This document shows positions 38,061 to 46,375 of a stretch of DNA of 64,000 nt, in pieces. The first letter of the stretch is position 1, and each line of letters starts with the position of its first letter. The notes beneath the pieces are model-generated. The model was not told the DNA's origin. It saw only the letters and a list, made by a program, of their open reading frames with translations, and searched no databases. The position numbers were made by a program, and so were the translations under genes. Source of the DNA: Actinorugispora endophytica (GTDB lineage: Bacteria > Actinomycetota > Actinomycetes > Streptosporangiales > Streptosporangiaceae); NCBI RefSeq assembly GCF_004363075.1, contig NZ_SNYN01000005.1:187696-251695 (forward strand), written 5' to 3'.

Positions 38061-38080
38061 CGGGGATGCCTGTCCACAAC

Positions 38081-38152
38081 CCCTTGTTGATCTTGACCTT
38101 TTCGGGGTCTCAACCGCGGTTGAGACCCCGAAAAGGTCAAGATCAACAAGGG
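38081..38152. repeat. Palindromic intergenic repeat (family P), copy 2; a perfect 72-bp palindrome
   Basis: CCCTTGTTGATCTTGACCTTTTCGGGGTCTCAACCGCGGTTGAGACCCCGAAAAGGTCAAGATCAACAAGGG. Confidence 0.75.
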
Positions 38153-38163
38153 AGGGGTGCGGG

Positions 38164-38793
38164 CTACTCGACGATCAGGACTTCCAGGGTCCTCGGGCCG
38201 TGGACGCCCTCGACGCGGTCGAGTTCGATGTCGCTGGTGGCCGAGGGGCCGCTGATCCAGGTGAGGGGGCGGGACGGGTCCAGGCGGCTGACGGCGTCGG
38301 GGACGTCCGGCACGATCTGGTCGACGCGGACCACGCACAGGTGGTAGTCGGGCACGAGGGTGAGGGCCCGCCGCCCCTGGGCCGGGCCCGCGTCCAGCAC
38401 GATCGTGCCGGTCTCGGCGGCGACCACGGCGCAGCCGGTGAGCACGCCGTCCGCCGCGTCGAGGGCGGCGATGTCGAGCGCCTCGTCGGTGAGCACGGCC
38501 GCGTCGACGCGGCTCGTCCACTCCCCGGGCAGGTCCGTGGGCACCACCACGCGCCCGACCGAGCGCCGCGCCAGCGCGGCGGCGATCTCCTCGGGCAGGT
38601 CGGCCTCCGACACCCGGCGGGTCAGCGCCTTGTAGTCCTCCAGGCGGTCGACCAGCAGCTCGACCAGCTCCACGGGGGTGTGCGCGCGGGCGTAGCCGCG
38701 CGGCACCGCGACGTCCTCGGGCTCCTCGGCGCGCGGCACGTCCGCCAACGCCGCCCGCACCCGGGCCAGGACCCGTTCACGTGATCCGCTCAT
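38164..38793 (-). CDS. lutC: Lactate utilisation protein C (LutC/YkgG, DUF162)
   Basis: MSGSRERVLARVRAAL..., ending ...TLEVLIVE. The ATGA start overlaps the lutB stop. Confidence 0.8.
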   Translation of the reverse strand: MSGSRERVLARVRAALADVPRAEEPEDVAVPRGYARAHTPVELVELLVDRLEDYKALTRRVSEADLPEEIAAALARRSVGRVVVPTDLPGEWTSRVDAAVLTDEALDIAALDAADGVLTGCAVVAAETGTIVLDAGPAQGRRALTLVPDYHLCVVRVDQIVPDVPDAVSRLDPSRPLTWISGPSATSDIELDRVEGVHGPRTLEVLIVE

Positions 38794-40229
38794 CGGCCGC
38801 CTCCCTTCTTCTTCTCCTTCTCGTGCCCGGCCCACCAGTCGCGGAAGGACTCGGCCGGGATGTCGGGGATGTCGCGGGTGTCGGTCCAGGCCGCGCCCGG
38901 ACCCGGCAGCCGCCGGGGCACCAGGTTGCGCGCCCTGCCCGCCGCGCGCTGGGCCAGGCCCAGCCGCTTCTCGTCGCCCAGAACCCACCCGGCCGCGCCC
39001 ATGGCGGCGCGCTCGGCGGCGTGCCCCTTGCCCTGGGTGACCTTGCCGCGCAGGTGGACCAGCACCTCGGGGATGTCGATCGCGACCGGGCACACCTCGT
39101 AGCACGCGCCGCACAGCGACGAGGCGTACGGCAGGGAGGCATCCAGCTCCGAGGAGGTGCCGCGCAGCTGCGGGGTGAGGATCGCGCCGATGGGGCCCGG
39201 GTACACCGAGCCGTAGGCGTGGCCGCCCGCGCGCTCGTACACGGGGCAGATGTTCAGGCAGGCCGAGCAGCGGATGCAGCGCAGCGACTGGCGTCCGACC
39301 TCGTCGGCGAGGACGTCGGTGCGGCCGTTGTCCAGCAGCACCAGGTGGAACTCCCGCGGCCCGTCGCCGGGGGTCACGCCGGTCCAGGTGGAGGTGTACG
39401 GGTTCATCCGCTCGCCGGTGGAGGAGCGCGGCAGCAGCTGCATGAACACCTCCAGGTCCTGCCAGGTGGGCACGAGCTTCTCGATCCCCACCACCGAGAT
39501 CAGCGTCTCGGGCAGGGTCAGGCACATCCGGCCGTTCCCCTCGGACTCCAGCACCACCAGGGTCCCGGTGTCGGCGACGGCGAAGTTCGCCCCGGACACC
39601 GCGACCCTGGTGGTGAGGAACTTCTCGCGCAGGTGCACCCGGGCGGCCTCGGCGAGCGCGCGGGGGTCGTCGCTGAGGTCCTCGGGCGCGGGCACGCCCC
39701 AGTCGCTCATGGTGCGGTCGAAGATCTCGCGGATCTCGGCGCGGTTGCGGTGGATCGCCGGGACGAGGATGTGGGAGGGGCGGTCCTCCCCGAGCTGCAC
39801 GATGAGCTCGGCCAGGTCCGTCTCGTACGCGGTGATCCCGGCCTCGGCGAGGGCCTCGTTGAGCTCGATCTCCTGGGTGGCCATCGACTTGACCTTGACC
39901 ACCTCGGTCTCGCCGGTCGCCTTGACCAGGCGGGTGACGATGGCGTTGGCCTCGGCGGCGTCCGCGGCCCAGTGCACGTGGCCCCCGGCGGCGGTGACCG
40001 TCTCCTCCAGCCGCTCCAGGTAGACGTCCAGGTGGCGCAGGGTGCGGTCCTTGATGGCCTTGCCCGCCGCGCGCAGCTCGGCCCAGTCGTCGAGCTCGCC
40101 GACCACCGAGGCGCGCCTGCCGCGGATGGTGTGGGTGGCCTTGCGCAGGTTGTGGCGCAGCTGGGCGTCGCCGGTGGCGATCCCGGCGGCCTGCGGGAAC
40201 GGGGGCATCCCCAGGAAAGTTCCGCTCAC
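38790..40229 (-). CDS. lutB: Lactate utilisation protein B (LutB/YkgF, Fe-S oxidoreductase)
   Basis: The GTG start (with AAGGAG RBS) overlaps the lutA stop as GTGA. Two 4Fe-4S ferredoxin motifs are present (CIRCSACLNICPVY, CGACYEVCPVAIDIP), together with a DUF162-like domain. Confidence 0.85.
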   Translation of the reverse strand: MSGTFLGMPPFPQAAGIATGDAQLRHNLRKATHTIRGRRASVVGELDDWAELRAAGKAIKDRTLRHLDVYLERLEETVTAAGGHVHWAADAAEANAIVTRLVKATGETEVVKVKSMATQEIELNEALAEAGITAYETDLAELIVQLGEDRPSHILVPAIHRNRAEIREIFDRTMSDWGVPAPEDLSDDPRALAEAARVHLREKFLTTRVAVSGANFAVADTGTLVVLESEGNGRMCLTLPETLISVVGIEKLVPTWQDLEVFMQLLPRSSTGERMNPYTSTWTGVTPGDGPREFHLVLLDNGRTDVLADEVGRQSLRCIRCSACLNICPVYERAGGHAYGSVYPGPIGAILTPQLRGTSSELDASLPYASSLCGACYEVCPVAIDIPEVLVHLRGKVTQGKGHAAERAAMGAAGWVLGDEKRLGLAQRAAGRARNLVPRRLPGPGAAWTDTRDIPDIPAESFRDWWAGHEKEKKKGGGR

Positions 40230-40963
40230 AGGGCGGGCTCCTTCTCGGTCGAGGCCAGGATCTCGGCCAGGTGCATGACCCGTACCCCCGATCGCTGGCG
40301 GTCCATCGTGCCGCCGATGTGCATGAGGCAGGAGTTGTCGACCGCGCACAGCACCTCGGCGCCGGTGTCGGCGACGTGCCGGGCCTTGTCCGAGCCCATC
40401 GCCGCGGACACGGCCTCGTTCTTCACCGCGAAGGTGCCGCCGAAGCCGCAGCACTCCTCGGCGCCCTCCAGCTCCACGAGCTCCAGCCCGCGCACCGCGC
40501 GCAGCAGCCGGGTGGGGCGGTCGCCCAGGCCCAGCATGCGCAGGCCGTGGCAGGTGGGGTGGTAGGTGACCTTGTGCGGGAAGTACGCGCCCACGTCGGT
40601 GACGCCGAGGACGTCCACCAGGAGCTCGGACAGGTCCAGGACGCGGGGGCCCAGCTCGGCGGACGCGCGCTCCAGGCGGCTGCCGGGCTCGCCCAGCTTG
40701 CGGTAGTTGTCGCGGACCATGGCCGCGCACGACCCGGACGGGGCGAGGACCACGTCGTAGTCGGCGAAGGTCTCCACGAAGCGCACCGCGAGCTTCTGCG
40801 CGTCGCGGCGGTACCCGGTGTTGTAGTGCATCTGCCCGCAGCAGGTCTGCGAGGGCGGGAACACCACCTCGTGCCCCAGCCGCTCCAGCAGCCGGACGAC
40901 GGCCTGCCCGGTGCCGGGGAACAGGGTGTCGTTCACGCAGGTGATGAACAGTGCGATCCGCAT
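40226..40963 (-). CDS. lutA: Lactate utilisation protein A (LutA/YkgE, cysteine-rich CCG-domain oxidoreductase)
   Basis: MRIALFITCVNDTLFP...CCGQ...HPTCH...ECCGFGGTFAV are CCG-domain signatures. Confidence 0.85.
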   Translation of the reverse strand: MRIALFITCVNDTLFPGTGQAVVRLLERLGHEVVFPPSQTCCGQMHYNTGYRRDAQKLAVRFVETFADYDVVLAPSGSCAAMVRDNYRKLGEPGSRLERASAELGPRVLDLSELLVDVLGVTDVGAYFPHKVTYHPTCHGLRMLGLGDRPTRLLRAVRGLELVELEGAEECCGFGGTFAVKNEAVSAAMGSDKARHVADTGAEVLCAVDNSCLMHIGGTMDRQRSGVRVMHLAEILASTEKEPAL

Positions 40964-41506
40964 GGGCCTCCCCACCTCATGGTGAACACGAACGCGAGCC
41001 CGGGATTGATCGGACCAATGCGGAATCTACCAGCCGTTCTTGCTTGAAACGAGAGCTGGGCGAGGGGTTAGGGGAAAATTGGTCTGAGGACTTCGCGTTC
41101 GCGAGTGGCCGGACACCCCTCGCCCCCGGCGGTCCCGGAAGCCGGGAGCCGGCGGGTCCCGCGGACCCGACCGCGGAACGGCCTGTCTCGCGGCCGTCCA
41201 GAGGCCTTCGGCCCGCAGGTCGACGCGTTTCCTCTCACATGGTGAGACGGCTGGACGGAATGCTGAGACTGTGGTTAACCTCGTTGGCATGGTTGAGCTC
41301 GTCTCCCGTCGACACGTCGACTACGCCCGCGTGAGCAGCATGCTCTGTCGGGCCGCGGCCTGACAGCAGGCACGCCCCGCCGCGCCCCTTTCCCACCGGC
41401 GCGCCGCCGACCACCCCGTTTCCCCGGACCAGCCGACCGCACCGGCGCGGCGTCCGTCCGCGCGCGGTCCCCAGTCCACCGAGCAGTGCGTTTCGACAGG
41501 AGCATC

Positions 41507-42856
41507 ATGACCGCCGAAGCCCCCGACACCACGCCCGCGCCCGAGCCCACCGCGCCCGAGACCGGCGAGTGGTCGTTCGAGACCAAGCAGATCCACGCCG
41601 GAGCCCAGCCGGACCCGGCCACGGGCGCGCGGGCCACGCCGATCTACCAGACCACCTCGTACGTCTTCCGGGACACCCAGCACGGCGCGGACCTGTTCAG
41701 CCTCGCCGAGCCCGGCAACATCTACACCCGGATCATGAACCCCACGCAGGACGTGCTGGAGCAGCGCGTGGCGGCACTGGAGGGCGGCGTCGCCGCGGTC
41801 GCGTTCGCGTCGGGCATGGCGGCCACCACCGCGGCCTTCCTCAACCTGGTCGGCGCGGGCGACCACATCGTGGCCAGCCCGTCCCTGTACGGCGGCACCT
41901 ACAACCTCCTGCGCTACACGCTTCCCAAGCTCGGCGTCGAGGTGACCTTCGTCGAGGACCAGGACGACCTCGACGCCTGGCGCTCGGCCGCCCGGGACGA
42001 CACCAAGCTGTTCTTCGCCGAGAGCCTGGCCAACCCCGGCAGCAACGTGCTGGACATCCGGGGCCTGGCGGACGTCGCCCACGACATCGGCCTTCCGCTG
42101 GTCGTGGACAACACCGTGCCGACGCCCTACCTGCTGCGCCCGATCGAGCACGGCGCGGACGTCGTGGTCCACTCGGCCACCAAGTACCTCGGCGGCCACG
42201 GAACCGCCGTGGCGGGCGTCGTCGTGGACGGCGGCACCTTCGACTTCGGCGCGCACGGCGCCCGCTTCCCCGGGTTCGTCGAGCCCGACCCCAGCTACAA
42301 CGGGCTGAAGTACTGGGAGGCGCTGGGCCCCGGCGCGTTCGCCGCCAAGCTGAGGGTGCAGCTGCTGCGCGACACCGGCGCGGCCATCGCCCCGCTGAAC
42401 AGCTTCCTGATCCTGCAGGGCATCGAGACGCTGTCGCTGCGCATGGAGCGGCACGTGTCCAACACCCAGGCGCTCGCCGAGTGGCTGGAGTCCCGCGACG
42501 AGGTGGAGAAGGTCTACTACGCGGGCCTGCCCTCCAGCCCGCACCACGCCGCCGCCCGGAAGTACCTGCCGAACGGCACGGGCGCCATCGTCTCCTTCGA
42601 CCTGCGCGGCGGCGTCGAGGCGGGCCGGGCGTTCGTGGACGGCACCGAGCTGTTCAGCCAGCTCGTCAACATCGGCGACGTGCGCAGCCTCATCGTCCAC
42701 CCGGCCAGCACCACGCACGGCCAGCTGTCCCCCGAGGAGCGGCTGGCCGCGGGCGTCACCCCGGGCCTGGTGCGGCTCGCCGTGGGCCTGGAGAACCTGG
42801 ACGACCTGCGGGCGGACCTGGAGGCGGGACTGCGCGCCGCCAAGGCGTACCAGTGA
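41507..42856 (+). CDS. metY: O-acetylhomoserine aminocarboxypropyltransferase (sulfhydrylase), PLP-dependent
   Basis: AGGAGcatcATG start. TKQIHAG, IYQTTSY, a Cys/Met-metabolism PLP motif ([11 protein letters not shown]) and C-terminal LVRLAVGLE. Confidence 0.9.
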   Translation: MTAEAPDTTPAPEPTAPETGEWSFETKQIHAGAQPDPATGARATPIYQTTSYVFRDTQHGADLFSLAEPGNIYTRIMNPTQDVLEQRVAALEGGVAAVAFASGMAATTAAFLNLVGAGDHIVASPSLYGGTYNLLRYTLPKLGVEVTFVEDQDDLDAWRSAARDDTKLFFAESLANPGSNVLDIRGLADVAHDIGLPLVVDNTVPTPYLLRPIEHGADVVVHSATKYLGGHGTAVAGVVVDGGTFDFGAHGARFPGFVEPDPSYNGLKYWEALGPGAFAAKLRVQLLRDTGAAIAPLNSFLILQGIETLSLRMERHVSNTQALAEWLESRDEVEKVYYAGLPSSPHHAAARKYLPNGTGAIVSFDLRGGVEAGRAFVDGTELFSQLVNIGDVRSLIVHPASTTHGQLSPEERLAAGVTPGLVRLAVGLENLDDLRADLEAGLRAAKAYQ

Positions 42857-43989
42857 CCGACGGCGCCGCCGTTCCCCCTCCCGCCGCCGGTGCGTGGCGG
42901 GAGGGGGACCCGCCCGGGAACCGGCGCTGGACCGGGGCCGGGCCGCTCCGGCTGGAGTCGGGGGCCGAGCTGCCCGACGTGCGCCTGGCGTACGAGACGT
43001 GGGGGACGCTCGACGCGGACCGCTCCAACGCGGTCCTGGTGCTGCACGCGCTGACCGGCGACAGCCACGTCGCGGGGCCCGAGGGGCCCGGCCACCCGAG
43101 CCCCGGCTGGTGGGAGGGGCTGGTCGGCCCCGGCCTGCCGCTGGACACCGACCGTTACTTCGTCGTCGCGCCCAACGTGCTCGGCGGCTGCCAGGGCAGC
43201 ACCGGCCCCGCGTCGACGGCGCCCGACGGGCGGCCCTGGGGCTCCCGGTTCCCCCGGATCACCATCCGGGACACCGTCGCGGCCGAACTGGCGCTGGCCG
43301 ACGCGCTGGGCGTGGCCGAGTGGGCGGCGGTCGTCGGCGGCTCCATGGGCGGGATGCGCGCCCTGGAGTGGGCGGCGGGGCACCCCGGGCGGGTGGCGCG
43401 CCTGCTGCTGCTGGCCTGCCCCGCCGCGAGCTCCGCGCGGCAGATCGCGTGGGCCGCGCCGCAGCTGCACGCCGTCCGGTCCGACCCGGACTGGCACGGC
43501 GGCGACTACCACGACCGTCCCGGCCCGGGGCCGGTCGCCGGACTGGGGATCGCCCGGCGGATCGCGCACATCACCTACCGGGGGGCCGGGGAGCTCGACG
43601 AGCGCTTCGGCCGCCTCGCCCAGGACGGCGAGGACCCGATGGGCGGCGGCCGGTTCGCGGTGGAGTCCTACCTGGACCACCACGCGGCCAAGCTGGCCCG
43701 CCGCTTCGACGCGGGCAGCTACGTGCTGCTCACCGAGGCCATGAACACCCACGACGTGGGCCGGGGCCGGGGCGGCGTCCCCCGGGCGCTGGGCCGGGTC
43801 GCCGCGCGCACCGTGGTCGGCGGGGTGGGCAGCGACCACCTGTACCCGCTCGCGCGGCAGGAGGAGCTGGCGGCGGGCATCCCCGGCGCGGACGGGCTCC
43901 GGCTGATCGACTCGGCGGCCGGGCACGACGGCTTCCTGGTGGAGATCGACCAGGTGGCGGCGCTGGTCAAGGAACTCCTGGCGGACTGA
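42853..43989 (+). CDS. metX: Homoserine O-acetyltransferase
   Basis: The GTG start overlaps the metY stop as GTGA. LVLHALTGDSHVAG and GGSMGGM (nucleophile elbow) indicate an alpha/beta-hydrolase MetX-type enzyme. Confidence 0.85.
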   Translation: MTDGAAVPPPAAGAWREGDPPGNRRWTGAGPLRLESGAELPDVRLAYETWGTLDADRSNAVLVLHALTGDSHVAGPEGPGHPSPGWWEGLVGPGLPLDTDRYFVVAPNVLGGCQGSTGPASTAPDGRPWGSRFPRITIRDTVAAELALADALGVAEWAAVVGGSMGGMRALEWAAGHPGRVARLLLLACPAASSARQIAWAAPQLHAVRSDPDWHGGDYHDRPGPGPVAGLGIARRIAHITYRGAGELDERFGRLAQDGEDPMGGGRFAVESYLDHHAAKLARRFDAGSYVLLTEAMNTHDVGRGRGGVPRALGRVAARTVVGGVGSDHLYPLARQEELAAGIPGADGLRLIDSAAGHDGFLVEIDQVAALVKELLAD

Positions 43990-44037
43990 GCGCCGGGGCG
44001 GCCGCCGACCGGCTCCGGCGGGCCGTACGATCGACCC

Positions 44038-44931
44038 GTGTCCGCGACGGAGGAGTTCGAGGCGCAGCGGCCGCGGCTGCTCGCGCTGGCGTACCGGCTG
44101 CTGGGATCGGCGAGCGAGGCCGAGGACGCGGTGCAGGACGCCTTCCTGCGCTGGAACGCCGCCGACCGCGCGCTGATCGGGACGCCCGCGGCCTGGCTGG
44201 CCAAGGTGCTCACCAACCTGTGCCTGAACCGGCTCGACTCCGCGCGGGCCCGGCGGGAGCGGTACGTGGGGTCGTGGCTGCCCGAACCGGTCCTCACCGC
44301 CGACCCCGCGCCCGGGCCGCTGGAGACCGCCGAGCTGCGCGAGTCGGTGTCGATGGCGTTCCTGGTGCTGCTGGAGCGGTTGACTCCCCCCGAACGGGCG
44401 GTGTTCGTGCTGCGCGAGGCGTTCGGCTACGGGCACCGCGAGATCGCCGACATCCTCGACGTCACCGAGTCCGCCTCCCAGCAGCTCCACCACCGCGCCC
44501 GCCTGCGCCTGGGCCGGGACCGGCCCCGGTTCGAGGCGTCGGCGCCGGAGCGGCGGCGGGTCGTCGAGCGCTTCCTGGCGGCCGCGGCCGACGGGGACAT
44601 GGCTGGGCTGGAGCGGCTGCTCGCCGCCGACGTCGTGTCCTGGACCGACGGCGGCGGCAAGGTCAGGAGGGCGGCCCGGCGCCCGGTCACGGGGGCCGCC
44701 AAGGTCGCCAGGCTCTTCGTCATCGGTGTGCTGGGAGGACTCCCCGAGGGCGCGGAGATCCGGATCGTCGAGGTCAACGGCCAGCCCGCCCTCGTCGGCC
44801 TTCTCGGTGGCCGCCCGTTCGGCGTCGTACTGCCCGAGGTGGCCGACGGCCTCGTCACGGCGGTCCGCGTCGTCGCCAACCCGGACAAACTGGAGTACCT
44901 GGCGGGGCAGCTCGCCGCCTCCGGGGCCTGA
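44038..44931 (+). CDS. ECF sigma factor of the ECF41 (SigJ-like) type with a SnoaL-like C-terminal extension
   Basis: Sigma-2 and sigma-4 regions plus the ECF41 hallmark YVGSWLPEP, in a roughly 297-aa protein with no adjacent anti-sigma gene. Confidence 0.8.
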   Translation: MSATEEFEAQRPRLLALAYRLLGSASEAEDAVQDAFLRWNAADRALIGTPAAWLAKVLTNLCLNRLDSARARRERYVGSWLPEPVLTADPAPGPLETAELRESVSMAFLVLLERLTPPERAVFVLREAFGYGHREIADILDVTESASQQLHHRARLRLGRDRPRFEASAPERRRVVERFLAAAADGDMAGLERLLAADVVSWTDGGGKVRRAARRPVTGAAKVARLFVIGVLGGLPEGAEIRIVEVNGQPALVGLLGGRPFGVVLPEVADGLVTAVRVVANPDKLEYLAGQLAASGA

Positions 44932-45097
44932 CCCGGTGCTTCCCCCGATGACCCCGGGGATCGCCATGTGGCGCGGGTCACTCCTCTTTCGCTCCCCTGT
45001 TCCGTCATGGATCGGGCCGCCGCCCGGTTCAAGAGGTGACAACGACGCACCGTCGCGGGCGCCGGGGAACCGGGTCGCGGGAGAAGGGCAGGGGAGA

Positions 45098-46285
45098 GTG
45101 TTGGCGCATCGAATCGTGGTCATCGGGGCCGGCTATTCGGGTCTGGCGGCGGCCGGCCGGGCGGCACGCCGGGCCGGAACACCGGGAGCGGAGGTGACGC
45201 TGGTGAACGCCGCGCCGCACTTCGTCGAACGGGTCCGGCTGCACCAGCTCGCCGCCGGGCAGGAGCCGCGCGAGCGGCCGCTGCGGGACGCGCTGCGCGG
45301 ATCGGGGGCGGAGCTGGTCGTGGGCCGGGTCACCGGCCTGGACCCGGGCCGCCGCGAGGTGCTCGTGGACACCGGGGCCGGATCCGACTCCCTGCCCTAC
45401 GACACGCTGGTGTACGCCCTGGGCAGCGCCGCCGGGACCGGCGGGGTCCCGGGCGCGGCCGAGCACGCCCTGTCCGTGTCCACCGGACCCGAGGCGCGCC
45501 GCTCGCACGCGCGGATCGCCGGACTCGCCTCGGGCGGCGGTTCGGTCGCCGTCGTGGGCGGCGGGCTGACCGGCGTCGAGGCGGCCGCCGAACTCGCCGA
45601 GAGCCACCCGGGTCTGCGGGTGCGGCTGCTGACCAGCGGGGAGCCGGGCGCGGCGCTGTCGGAGCGGGGCCGTCGCCACCTGGACGGGGCGCTGGAGCGG
45701 CTGGGCGTCGACGTCCGCGCGAACAGCAGGGTCGTCCGGGTGGACGGGAGCGGGCTCACGCTGGCCGACGGCGCGTCCGTGCCCGCCGACGCGGTGCTGT
45801 GGAGCACCGGTTTCGCGGTCCCCGACATCGCCGAGCGGGCCGGGCTGGCCGTGGACGCGTCCGGCCGCGTCCTGGTGGACGAGCGGCTGCGCGCCGTCTC
45901 CGACCCCGACGTCTACGCGGTGGGCGACGCCGCCCTCGTGACCGGCCCGTCCGGGATCCCGCTGCGGATGGCGTGCGCGACGGGGCTGCCCATGGGGCTG
46001 TACGCCGCCGACGCGATCACCGGCCGCCTGGCCGGGCGGGAACCCGCCCCGTTCCGGTTCCGGTACTACGCCCAGTGCGTGAGCCTGGGCCGCCGCGACG
46101 GCCTGATCCAGTTCGTCGACGCCGACGACACCGCCCGCGAGTCCGTGCTCACCGGCCGCGCCGCGGCCCGGGTCAAGGAGGCGGTCGTCCGGGGCGCCGC
46201 CTGGGCGGCCCGCAACCCCGGCCCCTACACGCCGCGCGCCCGCCGCGCCCGGAGCGCCGCCCGCCCCGAGGCGGTGCTCCGCTGA
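45098..46285 (+). CDS. FAD/NAD(P)-binding oxidoreductase (NDH-2-like pyridine-nucleotide-disulfide oxidoreductase family)
   Basis: Two dinucleotide-binding motifs (IVVIGAGYSGLAAA, VAVVGGGLTGVEAAAEL) and YAVGDAA. Confidence 0.7.
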   Translation: MLAHRIVVIGAGYSGLAAAGRAARRAGTPGAEVTLVNAAPHFVERVRLHQLAAGQEPRERPLRDALRGSGAELVVGRVTGLDPGRREVLVDTGAGSDSLPYDTLVYALGSAAGTGGVPGAAEHALSVSTGPEARRSHARIAGLASGGGSVAVVGGGLTGVEAAAELAESHPGLRVRLLTSGEPGAALSERGRRHLDGALERLGVDVRANSRVVRVDGSGLTLADGASVPADAVLWSTGFAVPDIAERAGLAVDASGRVLVDERLRAVSDPDVYAVGDAALVTGPSGIPLRMACATGLPMGLYAADAITGRLAGREPAPFRFRYYAQCVSLGRRDGLIQFVDADDTARESVLTGRAAARVKEAVVRGAAWAARNPGPYTPRARRARSAARPEAVLR

Positions 46286-46375
46286 CCGTCCGCCGGACCG
46301 CGGCGCGCCGGAGGGACCCCCGGCGCGCCGCGGCCCGTGCGGCGCGCCCGCGGACCACCGCACGTCCGAGCCCCT

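Noticed and set aside
34004-38079. Alternative-frame long ORFs across the lectin-repeat region (34004..37003 -, 34045..37005 +, 34123..38079 extension)
   Set aside because: Only the frame carrying the QxDxNxVxY and SUKH motifs is coherent. The others are repeat-driven open frames. The upstream extension to 38079 runs through the DUF559 gene and the palindromes.
41221-41330. Possible SAM riboswitch upstream of metY
   Set aside because: By eye I could not find the conserved S-box or SAM-IV core sequences. It is retained only as a low-confidence finding that needs a covariance-model search.
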